A stretch of 64,000 nucleotides of DNA from Candidatus Nezhaarchaeales archaeon (GCA_038887515.1 JAWAKK010000001.1:320001-384000); one strand, 5' to 3'. Positions 9,077-18,758 are shown, numbered from the stretch's first letter. Program-made: numbers and translations. Notes: generated by a model from the letters alone, not told the origin.

Positions 9077-10675
9077 TTACCTTCGGGCTCTAAGGAAAGC
9101 TCCCGTAAGCGTTTCTCGAAGTAGTTCTTCGCTATGAGGCTTTGTAGCGAAAGCGAGTACAAGCGTTACCGCCGTGCTAGCTATGAATCCTGGGAACACG
9201 GTGTACAACGGTATCTCCAGTACCTTAACAGTTTTGCCCCACGTGGCGAATGAAGCCAATGTGACTATAAAGCCAACAATCATGCTCCACCTAGCTGCAT
9301 GCTTGTTCATTCGCTTCCAATACAATCCTCCAATTATCGGCCAGAAGAAGCAATTGACCATTATCGATAGGGCCGCCCATATGAACCATGCTAGCATTTC
9401 TTGGGGTCCTAGGGCTAAGAGCCAAGAACCCACTCCGGCAATCACGACTACGGCTCTACCGATCCATGCTACGGCTCTTTCAGATATTGTTGGTTTGATG
9501 ACGTTTTTCACAATGTCGTAGGCTACGTTGCTAGCCGCCGTAACCATAAGTCTATCTGTTGTCGACATGACTGCGGCGAGTACCGTTGGTAGCAGAATTA
9601 TGAATAGACCGTATGGTAAGGCCTCCTTAGCCACTGTGGGGTAAGCCATATCGAAGACTATATCTTGCCACTTAAACCCGCTAATGGGCAGTTTATCCGG
9701 TATCTCTATTATTCCTTGAGCCCAAGCAACTCTAGCAGCCATCCCCGCTATGGAGGTTAGTAATATTAGGGGTACGCCTAACACGTACATTATCAGCGGC
9801 CCCCACTTAGTGTACTTAAGGTCTCTGTAACATAGAACGTTGTTGACTATGTGCGGAGCCACCATTAAGCCTAGTGGGACACATAGTCCGAACAGCGTTA
9901 TGTTGTAAGCTATGCCCGCGAGAGGCACATTCACTGGAGCAAACGGTTGATCTAAGAATACCCCGAACTGGTATGTTCTGTTAACACCTCTGACGGTTTC
10001 TTGAATTAATGGTACTTGAGATAGAAGCTCATTTAACTTCTCCCACCCACCGATCCAACTTATCGCTATTGGAACGGTCACGAAGACACCAACTATCATT
10101 AGTATTGTTTGGAGGAACGTAGTCCAAGCAGTCGAGAACATGCCTCCAGCTAGGACGTAGCCGACAACGAGTACCAGTGCTATCAGGGATCCCCAGACGT
10201 ACGGTATCCCTAACACGACTTCGCTTACTATGCCTATTGCAGTGTATTGACCTATTAAGTAGACGAAGCATGTTACTGCAGATATCGCTCCAGCAATCGC
10301 TCTAATAATCTTTGGATCTTCGTAGCGGAGCGCGAAGTAATCCTGTATAGTCCATATCTGATGTTTAGCTCTCAAAACGTACATCTTGGAGCCTATGAGT
10401 ATTGTGCAGAATGCTATGGCAAACGGCGGTCCGATGACCCTCTCCCATAGGTTAGCCCAGCCACTTCGAAAGCCTAGGCCCGCCACACCCACGAGAGTCA
10501 TGCCACTGAAGACCGATCCTATCATCAATAGCACGTAAGTCCAGAAACCAAGTCTTCCTGAAGCAGCCACGAAATCAGCTAGGGTTTTAACCCTCTTAGA
10601 TCCAAAGTAGCCTATTAGGGCTATGATTATAATGTAGACAATGAAAACCATTAAGGCAATAAAGTCTAGTTGCAT
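9077..10675 (-). CDS. Sodium:solute symporter (SSS) family
   Basis: About 13 TM helices; SGMTLVGVAG, GGM..TAWT..LQ, LAAVMSTTD and GLYWKRMN motifs. Confidence 0.9.
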   Translation of the reverse strand: MQLDFIALMVFIVYIIIIALIGYFGSKRVKTLADFVAASGRLGFWTYVLLMIGSVFSGMTLVGVAGLGFRSGWANLWERVIGPPFAIAFCTILIGSKMYVLRAKHQIWTIQDYFALRYEDPKIIRAIAGAISAVTCFVYLIGQYTAIGIVSEVVLGIPYVWGSLIALVLVVGYVLAGGMFSTAWTTFLQTILMIVGVFVTVPIAISWIGGWEKLNELLSQVPLIQETVRGVNRTYQFGVFLDQPFAPVNVPLAGIAYNITLFGLCVPLGLMVAPHIVNNVLCYRDLKYTKWGPLIMYVLGVPLILLTSIAGMAARVAWAQGIIEIPDKLPISGFKWQDIVFDMAYPTVAKEALPYGLFIILLPTVLAAVMSTTDRLMVTAASNVAYDIVKNVIKPTISERAVAWIGRAVVVIAGVGSWLLALGPQEMLAWFIWAALSIMVNCFFWPIIGGLYWKRMNKHAARWSMIVGFIVTLASFATWGKTVKVLEIPLYTVFPGFIASTAVTLVLAFATKPHSEELLRETLTGAFLRARR

Positions 10676-10681
10676 TGATTA

Positions 10682-10807
10682 TCACCCCTTGCTGGCCAAA
10701 TCCTCTGAGCCCTCTCTCCATGTGAGGCCCCAGATAATGAGTATCAGCACTTGTACTGCAATTGGTACAACAAGGGAGACGAAGGTATTCGGTTGTAGCC
10801 CTGCTAT
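10682..10807 (-). CDS. Putative small single-TM partner of the SSS transporter (start codon unclear)
   Basis: Frame reads IAGLQPNTFVSLVVPIAVQVLILIIWGLTWREGSEDLASKG-stop, ending 6 nt before the SSS start; no in-frame ATG/GTG/TTG upstream of this stretch. Confidence 0.5.
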   Translation of the reverse strand: MAGLQPNTFVSLVVPIAVQVLILIIWGLTWREGSEDLASKG

Positions 10808-11093
10808 TCTATCACAGAACTCTCTTATTGCCTGAATGCATATTGGTGCATAATTCTCCTCCCAGCGTAGGGAGGCTTACGCGCAGAACTATATAAAAAC
10901 TTTTTGGTTAAAGAACTTTAGACCTCCTACCTATAGATTGTTTGAAGAAAGGCTTTAACGTATCATATAGACACTTAATGTTAAGCGATGGTAAGAGAAG
11001 AACCCCTAACTTACGCGCGATTAAGGGTTTTTGAACTTCGTGGAGTAAGTGTTAATAGGTTTGTACGTGAAGGCTATTTCTGAGGTGCGATTT

Positions 11094-11324
11094 ATGGTGA
11101 ATGCCTGCGTTCTCGTGAGGACTGAGAGAGGGAGGGGCGATGACGTTGTAGCTAAGGTAAAGCAGATCGAAGGAGTTAAGCTAGCGTTTTCGACTTTCGG
11201 ACGATACGACGCCGTTATAGATTTAGAGGTAGAAGACTATAGGTCGTTAGGACAGCTAGTTCAGAAGATAAGCAGGCTTTCAGGCGTCGTTTTTACTGAG
11301 ACGTTAGTCGAACTTCAAACTTAG
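11094..11324 (+). CDS. Stand-alone Lrp/AsnC ligand-binding (RAM) domain protein
   Basis: MVNA.VLV...TFGRYDAVI...GVVFTETL; no HTH; ATG at 11094 follows GAGGTG. Confidence 0.8.
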   Translation: MVNACVLVRTERGRGDDVVAKVKQIEGVKLAFSTFGRYDAVIDLEVEDYRSLGQLVQKISRLSGVVFTETLVELQT

Positions 11325-11335
11325 GGGGAACATGT

Positions 11336-11560
11336 ATGGTTAACGCAGTTGTATTAATAAAGTCGGTCTCAACTAAACAGGACGAGTTGATTGGCAAGCT
11401 AAAAGTCACGGAGCACGTCAGAAAAGTGTATCCATGTTATGGTAGGTTCGACATCGTTGCATTTTTAGACGCTCCTGACATCGATAAAGTAAAGTTACTA
11501 ACGTTGAAAATAAATTCAATGGATGGCGTTAGGAGCACAGAGACGCTCCTTGAAGCCTAA
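11336..11560 (+). CDS. Stand-alone Lrp/AsnC ligand-binding (RAM) domain protein, paralog of the upstream gene
   Basis: MVNAVVLI...YGRFDIVA...GVRSTETL. Confidence 0.8.
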   Translation: MVNAVVLIKSVSTKQDELIGKLKVTEHVRKVYPCYGRFDIVAFLDAPDIDKVKLLTLKINSMDGVRSTETLLEA

Positions 11561-11601
11561 TGGTTAGCTTATATTTTTAAATATTTAACTTGGTGACATG
11601 A

Positions 11602-12267
11602 ATGTGCACTTATAGTTTTAATGCTAAAGCCTTACTTGAGGCTCTCAATTTCGACAAACTTAATGGCTTAATCCCGGTCGTTACCGTTGACGTCTCTACG
11701 GGTAGAGTGTTAATGCAGGCCTTTATGAATAAGGAAGCTCTAATTCGAACTGCCGAAACAGGGTTGATGCATTACTGGAGTAGAAGTAAAAACAAACTAT
11801 GGCTTAAAGGCGAAGAGTCCGGACATTACCAGAAGGTCAAGGCTGTATATCTTGACTGTGATGGCGACTCCCTTCTTTTCTTGGTTGAGCAGGTGGGGGT
11901 TGCTTGTCATAAGGGCAAATTCTCCTGTTTCCACAACAAAACTGAAGACTACATGAAGGAGGAAGAACTAGGTGGTGGGGGATCGATACTTTCTCAACTT
12001 CAAGAAGTTGTGAATCAACGGTTAAAGGAAAAGCCCGAGGGCTCGTACACTTGGAGACTAGCATCTAAAGGCATCCAGGCAGTGCTAAAAAAGATCCACG
12101 AAGAACTATTTGAGCTAACCTACGCATGTCTTAAAGAGGAGGACGAGAGAGTTGTATCTGAAGGAGCTGACCTACTATATCACTTGTTACTCGTACTGGC
12201 TTTGAGGGGCTTATCCATAGAGGATATAATGAGAGAGCTTTCCAAGAGAAGGTATAAGGAAAATTGA
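11602..12267 (+). CDS. hisIE: Bifunctional phosphoribosyl-AMP cyclohydrolase / phosphoribosyl-ATP pyrophosphatase
   Basis: YWSRS..LWLKGEESG, DCDGD, ACH.G..SCF, then PEGSYT..KKIHEE..EGADLLYH. Confidence 0.92.
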   Translation: MCTYSFNAKALLEALNFDKLNGLIPVVTVDVSTGRVLMQAFMNKEALIRTAETGLMHYWSRSKNKLWLKGEESGHYQKVKAVYLDCDGDSLLFLVEQVGVACHKGKFSCFHNKTEDYMKEEELGGGGSILSQLQEVVNQRLKEKPEGSYTWRLASKGIQAVLKKIHEELFELTYACLKEEDERVVSEGADLLYHLLLVLALRGLSIEDIMRELSKRRYKEN

Positions 12268-12317
12268 CCTTTAAAGTTCATTATTGATGGACATCAGGTT
12301 GAGGAGAAGATAGAGCC

Positions 12318-13511
12318 TTGGACACGCTGTTTGTTTTAATAGCTACTATAGTGATCATAATAGTCTTGCTCGTCCTTAAAAGACCCGTATACATAGTACT
12401 AGCAATCGCCATATTTCTAGCCTCCCTAATCTATGGAGGCCCTTCGTTCTTAATATCGTCTGCAACTAGAGCCTTGTTGGATCCAGATACTTGGACTCTA
12501 ACCTTAAGCATATTCGCTGTAGCCTCCTTAGCGATGCTATATGGTACAACTGGTATTGCAGCCAGGATGGGCAACGAATTTTCCAAGTGCGTGAGAAATG
12601 AAACTTTAGCTTTAAGTTTAGCTCCAGGCATCATGGGTCTCTTACCCATACCTGGAGGGGCACTCATGTCTGCTCCAATAGTCGATGCCATCGGCGATAG
12701 GCTTGGACTATCGAGATCGAAGAAATCCTTCGCAAATGTATGGTACGAGCACATAATAGTACCAATATACCCGCTGGACCCGATGATAATGGTGGCTTCT
12801 GCCATCTCCGGCTTCTCAATTCCAAGCATCATAGCTAAGCTGTTTCCGATGATCGTAATCATGTATCTCATCGGTCTACCACTCATAGGAGTTAGGCGGT
12901 CAAAAATCCAAGAGAAGGCCGATTACTTGGGCTTATCGAAGGCGCTTTTACCAATACTGCTTGCAGCCGTTATAGCGCTATCTACGCTTTCGTTGGACCA
13001 ACTCTTAGGAGTCAGTAGAGTTTCGATCGTGATTGCGATCTTTATAGCCTTTATAGTCTTCAAGAACTTAAATGGTGTTGATATCAAGACTATTTTAAAG
13101 TGCTTAAGAGACAGGAGGGTATGGGAAATAACAGTTCTGATATTGGAATTAGCAGTGTTCGGAGAAATGATATTGTCAATGGATATGTCGCAAGTTGTGC
13201 CATACCTAGCATCTATAAAAGAGCTAATCCTAATAGGCTTACCGATGTTGCTTGCAGCTTTGGGAGGCCATCCAGCTATTGGTGTAATAGTTGCTATGCC
13301 GATAGCTTTACAGGTAGGTGGTTTCTCCTTAAGTACAGCATGCATGGTCTATTTCTCAGCCTTCATATCGTACTTAATATCGCCGCTTCACTTATGCCTC
13401 GTATATACTATCAGATACTTCAACGCATCACTGAAGGATAGCTACCGATACTTGGTACCCACTGCTATAGCCTTACTTGTTGCATCTTACGTTGTGCTCT
13501 TAATGCTCTAA
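12318..13511 (+). CDS. DUF401-like membrane protein (putative transporter)
   Basis: GLLPIPGGALMSAP, NVWYEH...PIYP and ISPLHLCL motifs; multi-TM. Confidence 0.7.
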   Translation: MDTLFVLIATIVIIIVLLVLKRPVYIVLAIAIFLASLIYGGPSFLISSATRALLDPDTWTLTLSIFAVASLAMLYGTTGIAARMGNEFSKCVRNETLALSLAPGIMGLLPIPGGALMSAPIVDAIGDRLGLSRSKKSFANVWYEHIIVPIYPLDPMIMVASAISGFSIPSIIAKLFPMIVIMYLIGLPLIGVRRSKIQEKADYLGLSKALLPILLAAVIALSTLSLDQLLGVSRVSIVIAIFIAFIVFKNLNGVDIKTILKCLRDRRVWEITVLILELAVFGEMILSMDMSQVVPYLASIKELILIGLPMLLAALGGHPAIGVIVAMPIALQVGGFSLSTACMVYFSAFISYLISPLHLCLVYTIRYFNASLKDSYRYLVPTAIALLVASYVVLLML

Positions 13512-13546
13512 AAGTTCTACGCCGTTTATGAAATGGGCTCGGCGGT

Positions 13547-13885
13547 CTAACACGTTAAGTGTAACGTTGCTACGACTTTCTTCTCTTTGCTCTCTTTGTT
13601 GTATAGGTCGCAGGCTTCCTTAGTAGGTAGGACTATGAGCTCTGCACCCCTCCTCTTAACCCATTCTTCCACTTCGCTCAGCACCTTTACGGCTCCATAA
13701 TATCCAGTCCCTATTACCAAGAGTTCAAAATCCTCGGATTCTAAGAGCTTAAGGTCTTCGACGCAGACCTCATGTCCCTTTATTCTCCACCAACTTTTGA
13801 CCTCGCTTAAACTTATAATAACGTCCTTGCTATACTTTTTTCCGTCTATAGTTATTTCTCCAAAATCGTAGCTATCTATGTGCAA
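13547..13885 (-). CDS. Mth938-like (DUF498) protein
   Basis: IDSYDFGEITIDGKKY..DVII, LVIGTG, T.EAC..YN and LHLTC motifs. Confidence 0.85.
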   Translation of the reverse strand: MHIDSYDFGEITIDGKKYSKDVIISLSEVKSWWRIKGHEVCVEDLKLLESEDFELLVIGTGYYGAVKVLSEVEEWVKRRGAELIVLPTKEACDLYNKESKEKKVVATLHLTC

Positions 13886-14022
13886 ATCGAGCCCCCATCT
13901 AAGTTATGATTATACACAACTTAATAAATAAGACCCTTGATCCTTATGAGGGACTAAAATATAGTTATAATTTAAGATTTAAAGAAGAGTTGCTATGACG
14001 ACTCTTGTCGCGACCTCTTATA

Positions 14023-15528
14023 TCAATTGTGCCTCTTGTTTTCAAGCCTTCTTCCCAACAAGCTAAACCCTACGTATGTCAATGCACAACCTATGAACGT
14101 TGCCCACCACCAATTGCCCCAGCCCCAATGACCTACCGTATATACATAGTAACCTCCGAGTACAGTCATTATGAAGCCATAGAACATACATGCTAGGGCG
14201 CCGTACTTGTGCGCCTTGCGCCAGTACAACGTTATTGCCAAGACGAAGAAGAATATACAGCCCATTCCGACAGCGGCGCCGGACATTAAGTATGCCAGCA
14301 GGTCCGGAGGCTTTGTAACTACCCAAGTCAACGGTATCAACGCAAATACTGCTACTAAGCTTCGAGCCAATATTAGCGAGGTCCTGTCGCTGAGGTTGGG
14401 CTTTAATAGTAGAATTATGTCTTTAGTTAGGCTTCCAGCCATTACCAATACCATCCCTGCCAGCGTTGACATGGAGGCTGCAAAGACTGCAGCTACATAC
14501 ATTCCGGATACTGCGGGTCCAGACATAAGAGCCATGAAAGGCGCCGCTGCATCTGCCTTTGCTGGAGAAGCTGTGAAGAGAGCATTTCCAAACGTAGCTC
14601 TTGCGGATAACCCAGTCAATATGTTTGCCCACGGTATGGCTGAACTTATGAATATTACGAGAACCATTATTGCCATCTCTTTTCTTGTGAGCCTTTTCAT
14701 CGCTAGGAATCTAGCTACGTTGTGCGGAAAACCGACAGCCATAGTGACGAATAGGCCCAGTGTTGCTGTCAATCCCACTAAGTCCGCTGCGAACTGAAGA
14801 TTAGGCTTCGAGGCTAAATCGGCTCTGAGAGGTGCTACGAGGACAGGGTCTTGGGATGCTAAGGCTTGGTTTAGGGCCATCGGCCCGCCGACGAGACTTA
14901 GCGAAGTGTACGCTAGGATGTAGCATGCAAACGTCATTATGATGCCCTGAATTGCTAGAGCCCATTGAGTACCGGTGTAACCCCCTAGAACCATGTATGC
15001 TATCATGACTAATGCCCCTATTATTATGGAGGCTTCCCAAGGAGTGCCAGTTACGACGTGCCAAACCGTTGCAGCGGCTTTATACTGTCCTACAGAGTAC
15101 ACGAGTAGTAAGACTATGTAGACTGCGCTGGCAACTGCTGCTACTAACTTGCTGTTGTACAGCAAACCTACGAGCTGAGGGACTGTTGAGACCTTTAGTT
15201 CTTGAAACATTTTTCTCAACTTAGGCCCGAAGACTGTGGCACAAGGAATTATGCCTACGAGGGTCCATACACCTGCAAGCCATATTCCTGACCAACCAAA
15301 TGTATATGTTATACCCATTAGTCCGAGGCAAGCCCACCCACTCATCCACGTAGCGCTAAGAGCTAGCCCAGTAATTACTGGACCAAAGCTCCTACTTCCG
15401 GAGAGCCAGGAGGAGAAAGTACTACTCTTTTTCCTAGCTATGAAGCCAACTATAGTACACAGTACTAAGAGAGCCGAGAGCCATGTAGCTGATGATACTA
15501 TATCGAGTAAACTCGGAGATGGAAGCAC
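14023..15528 (-). CDS. Sodium:solute symporter (SSS) family
   Basis: ATWMSGWACLG, GFPHNVARF, FAASMST and LYWRKA motifs; about 13 TM. Confidence 0.88.
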   Translation of the reverse strand: MLPSPSLLDIVSSATWLSALLVLCTIVGFIARKKSSTFSSWLSGSRSFGPVITGLALSATWMSGWACLGLMGITYTFGWSGIWLAGVWTLVGIIPCATVFGPKLRKMFQELKVSTVPQLVGLLYNSKLVAAVASAVYIVLLLVYSVGQYKAAATVWHVVTGTPWEASIIIGALVMIAYMVLGGYTGTQWALAIQGIIMTFACYILAYTSLSLVGGPMALNQALASQDPVLVAPLRADLASKPNLQFAADLVGLTATLGLFVTMAVGFPHNVARFLAMKRLTRKEMAIMVLVIFISSAIPWANILTGLSARATFGNALFTASPAKADAAAPFMALMSGPAVSGMYVAAVFAASMSTLAGMVLVMAGSLTKDIILLLKPNLSDRTSLILARSLVAVFALIPLTWVVTKPPDLLAYLMSGAAVGMGCIFFFVLAITLYWRKAHKYGALACMFYGFIMTVLGGYYVYTVGHWGWGNWWWATFIGCALTYVGFSLLGRRLENKRHN

Positions 15529-15545
15529 GCCTCTTTGACCCCCAT

Positions 15546-15635
15546 CTAATCTTCTGTTGGCATCTTAATGGTGGCGACTATAGCAATTATGGCACTAATT
15601 ATTACTACGCTCAACAGGCACAGCCAGGGGACCAT
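15546..15635 (-). CDS. Small single-TM protein upstream of SSS (29 aa)
   Basis: MVPWLCLLSVVIISAIIAIVATIKMPTED; its ATG overlaps the TAA of 15635..16030 (TAATG coupling). Confidence 0.65.
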   Translation of the reverse strand: MVPWLCLLSVVIISAIIAIVATIKMPTED

Positions 15636-16030
15636 TAAGTCCTGCAAGGGCTTATCCCCTCCGCTATGTTCTTAGCTACTATCAAGCCCGCGTAAGTCAG
15701 TGAAACCGGAATGCCTTTAGCGTCCTTCCCGCCGGACGTTATGAGACCCATGTCCCTAAGACCCCTAAGGCTCCACTTTAACGTGGATTCCGGAACTTCA
15801 AGCTCTGTCGATAACTTCCTCACAAGGCTTGAAAGGGTGTAGTCATTGCAGTCCTCAGAGTACAGCCTTAATAGTAATATCTTCTGGAGCTTGGTTAACT
15901 TCATTAAGGCAAGTCTCGTCAAGGCAAACTCGAGCTCGAGGAGAAGAGGATTCTCGGGTTTCCATTCCTCGGGTTTGGGCGAGCTAATTAAGGTCTCTTC
16001 ACTGGAGCGCTTTCTCGAAAAGGTAGACAC
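15635..16030 (-). CDS. Winged-helix DNA-binding protein
   Basis: LSSLVRKLS..L.VPESTLKWSLRGLRDMGLI...VSLTYAG. Confidence 0.7.
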   Translation of the reverse strand: MSTFSRKRSSEETLISSPKPEEWKPENPLLLELEFALTRLALMKLTKLQKILLLRLYSEDCNDYTLSSLVRKLSTELEVPESTLKWSLRGLRDMGLITSGGKDAKGIPVSLTYAGLIVAKNIAEGISPCRT

Positions 16031-16209
16031 CTTTACTCAATTTCCACCTCACCGTTCAGAGAAGTCGCGGTACAGAGTATTTAAACTTTAAGGGCAAGAG
16101 AGTTTACCCAAGCACTTAAATTCAAGGCTCAGAAACCTTATTTCATCTCATAAACTAATAATAGGGTGAAGTTGACGAAGAACAAGTAGAAGGTAGAGGT
16201 CGAAGGATT

Positions 16210-17040
16210 TTGGTCAGCGAATCCGATTTATTTAAGATATATCAAGCTCTTGGAAACGCTCATAGAAGAAACATAATAGCTCTTTTAGGCGAGAATCCTG
16301 ATGGGCTAACGTTCTCGGAACTAAGAAAAATGGTGAACCTCAGTGTAGGATCTCTCTATTACAACTTAGATCAACTTGAGGACTTAATCTACCAGAAGAA
16401 CGATAAAAGATATGCCTTAACAGAGAAGGGCTTCTTGGCTTATAACATCTTGAAAAGTGACATTGAAAGATTAAAGAGTGGGGAGCCACTAAGTGGTCTC
16501 GCTGATTTTACGAGCAAGCTTAGGGGGTTACTTCTTCCACGATGGTTCTTCGCGTTCTTGGAGAACAAGAAAGGGCTTACGACTTTAATAGCAATCATAA
16601 TTTTACTTACCGGAGCCATCGTATGTGGATACAACGGAATAATGCTGAGTGTTACGTGGGTCGGTTACTCTTCAATGTTTTTTCTAAACTCCTTAAGCTT
16701 CATTTTGAGCTGGATCGCGATATCGGTAGCCACCTTTGCAATAGCACCTTCGAACGTGAAGAGAAAGCTGAGACTTCTTCCAAGATATTTAATCGAAGTT
16801 GGTCTAGCGATGTTCCCCCTAGCGACATTCGTTGCGATAGAACCTTTCTTAAGGTCTGTGGTAATAGTTAAAGTAGCCATTCAAGTAATATTGTGGTTAA
16901 TATCGATATCGTTGATATCTTCAGCTCTAAGCCACGTTGCTAAGTGTAGGAGTGAAATAGCTTTTCTAATAACCGCTTTAGTTATGTTCATCGCAACTCT
17001 TGCAGTATCGCAATTAGTACTATTTTACTTCATGGAATGA
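16210..17040 (+). CDS. Membrane-tethered transcription regulator (ArsR-like wHTH plus about 5 TM)
   Basis: ALGNAHRRNII...LTFSEL...SVGSLYYNL...YALTEKG followed by hydrophobic helices. Confidence 0.75.
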   Translation: MVSESDLFKIYQALGNAHRRNIIALLGENPDGLTFSELRKMVNLSVGSLYYNLDQLEDLIYQKNDKRYALTEKGFLAYNILKSDIERLKSGEPLSGLADFTSKLRGLLLPRWFFAFLENKKGLTTLIAIIILLTGAIVCGYNGIMLSVTWVGYSSMFFLNSLSFILSWIAISVATFAIAPSNVKRKLRLLPRYLIEVGLAMFPLATFVAIEPFLRSVVIVKVAIQVILWLISISLISSALSHVAKCRSEIAFLITALVMFIATLAVSQLVLFYFME

Positions 17041-17129
17041 CGCATCCTAAGCTGATCAAGGAGCTATGGCGCAATGTTTTAAAGACTTCTGAAGAGAACA
17101 TCTATCGCTAGGTAAGACCTCGGTGTCTA

Positions 17130-17936
17130 ATGATGGCGACCTTTATATGCTTCGTCGGCCACGACTTCATGAGGATAGTTGATGGAATAAACTTTTGGAA
17201 GACTAAAGAGGTCATAGACGAAATAATACTGGTTCAAGACAAGAAGAGGGACAAGTACGGTAACGCTTCTAGGCTTAACGTTAGGGACCTTCAAAAAGTG
17301 TTAACCTTTGCAGGTAAGGAGCCTCAAGTAATATCTGTTAATCCTCAGAGCTACGAGGAGGTATTCTCTGCAATGTATTCTGTGGTTCGTAGAGAAGTCG
17401 AGAACTTAGGTAGAAGGGTCTACATTGATGCGACATCCACTACTAAGGAGGCCTATGGAGCAGTGGTAACGGTTGCCCTAATGTTCCAAGGAGTAAGGCT
17501 ATACGTAGTCCCTCCAGCCGAGAGAGGATGGTATGTCCCCGACGTTGACTCACCCGAGTTTCAATCGTGGTTTAGCAAGGTCAGAAGCGTACGTGGGCTC
17601 CAGCCTCAAGAGATATTCTTGCCGGGTTTTAGACTTGAGAAGTTATCCTACGAAGAGGAGAAGGCGTTAATGATACTAGAAAGTAAAGGTGGCGAAGCCG
17701 ACTCTATAAAGACCTTAATCAAGTGGTACGGCGAAGACCCTAAAGATCCTAGAGTGAAAAATAAGTTCAGCAGGCTTGTAAACAAACTAGTATCAAAGGG
17801 TCTTTTAATAAGCGAAACAGGGGCAAGGGCTAAGACTATAAAGTTAACAGACTTTGGAAGGATATACGCTAAAGCTTTGAAGTACCACTATTTACAGAAG
17901 AAAAAGGACGAAACTGCACCTTATCCAGCCATATGA
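17130..17936 (+). CDS. CARF-like (Csa3/DUF6293-type) Rossmann domain plus wHTH regulator
   Basis: FICFVGHD..RI...IILV...VYIDATSTTK N-domain; C-terminal SRLVNKLVSKGLL...IKLTDFG wHTH. Confidence 0.65.
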   Translation: MMATFICFVGHDFMRIVDGINFWKTKEVIDEIILVQDKKRDKYGNASRLNVRDLQKVLTFAGKEPQVISVNPQSYEEVFSAMYSVVRREVENLGRRVYIDATSTTKEAYGAVVTVALMFQGVRLYVVPPAERGWYVPDVDSPEFQSWFSKVRSVRGLQPQEIFLPGFRLEKLSYEEEKALMILESKGGEADSIKTLIKWYGEDPKDPRVKNKFSRLVNKLVSKGLLISETGARAKTIKLTDFGRIYAKALKYHYLQKKKDETAPYPAI

Positions 17937-17948
17937 GGATGAAAGCTC

Positions 17949-18758
17949 ATGGTCTTTAATCTCCCCTACCTTGACTTTCCAAAAGTTGAGCAAGAAATTT
18001 GTTTATTTATAAGAGGGGTCGTTGAGAAAACCGGTGCTAGGGGACTAGTCATTGGGCTTAGTGGAGGGCTCGATTCTTCAGTTGTAGCGTACTTGGCGGT
18101 GAAGGCTCTAGGAGCGGATAAGGTGAAGGCTCTAATAATGCCTGATTACAGGGTTACCCCCAAGAGCGACGTAGAGGATGCATGGACTATAGCAGAGGAA
18201 CTAGGCATAGAAGCAAGAGAAGTGGACATAGGGCCTATGTGCAACATCATAGTTGAAAGGCACCCCTACAAGGTTAAGGGCAACCTTATTGCCGAAGGCA
18301 ATGTTAGGGCTAGGGTTAGGATGATACTTCTGTATTATACTGCAAACGCCATGAATATGATGGTCTGCGGAACCGGAGATAAGTCCGAGATCATGATAGG
18401 TTACTTCACTAAGTACGGCGATGGGGGAGTAGATTTCCTACCGATCGGGGACCTATACAAAACAGATGTTAGACGAATGGCACAATACCTAGGGATACCG
18501 GATAAAATAGCTCTTAAACCCAGTAGCCCAAGACTTTGGCCAGGTCAGACGGCTGAAGGAGAACTCGGTATGAGCTACGACGTCATAGATCCCATACTTT
18601 TTTTAATGTACGAGAAAGGCTACAATCCTGAAGAGGTTGCTTCTAGAGTCGGTGTAAGCTTAAATGTAGTTACCGCCGTAATGAAGAGAGTCGAAAACTC
18701 AAGGCATAAGAGGGCAATGCCCCCCTTTCCTGCAGTATCCCACCTAAGAATTTACTAA
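17949..18758 (+). CDS. nadE: NH3-dependent NAD+ synthetase
   Basis: GLSGGLDSS, GNVRARVRM, GYFTKYGDGG, DLYKT and KPSSPRLWPGQT motifs. Confidence 0.95.
   Translation: MVFNLPYLDFPKVEQEICLFIRGVVEKTGARGLVIGLSGGLDSSVVAYLAVKALGADKVKALIMPDYRVTPKSDVEDAWTIAEELGIEAREVDIGPMCNIIVERHPYKVKGNLIAEGNVRARVRMILLYYTANAMNMMVCGTGDKSEIMIGYFTKYGDGGVDFLPIGDLYKTDVRRMAQYLGIPDKIALKPSSPRLWPGQTAEGELGMSYDVIDPILFLMYEKGYNPEEVASRVGVSLNVVTAVMKRVENSRHKRAMPPFPAVSHLRIY

Noticed and set aside
11049-11093. Upstream GTG start for the first RAM-domain gene
   Set aside because: ATG 11094 has an RBS-like GAGGTG and matches the MVNA start of the paralog.
14207-14797. Long antisense ORFs (also 12431..12886, 43276..43725, 42114..42449 and similar)
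   Set aside because: They are shadows of well-supported genes on the opposite strand and have no motifs of their own.
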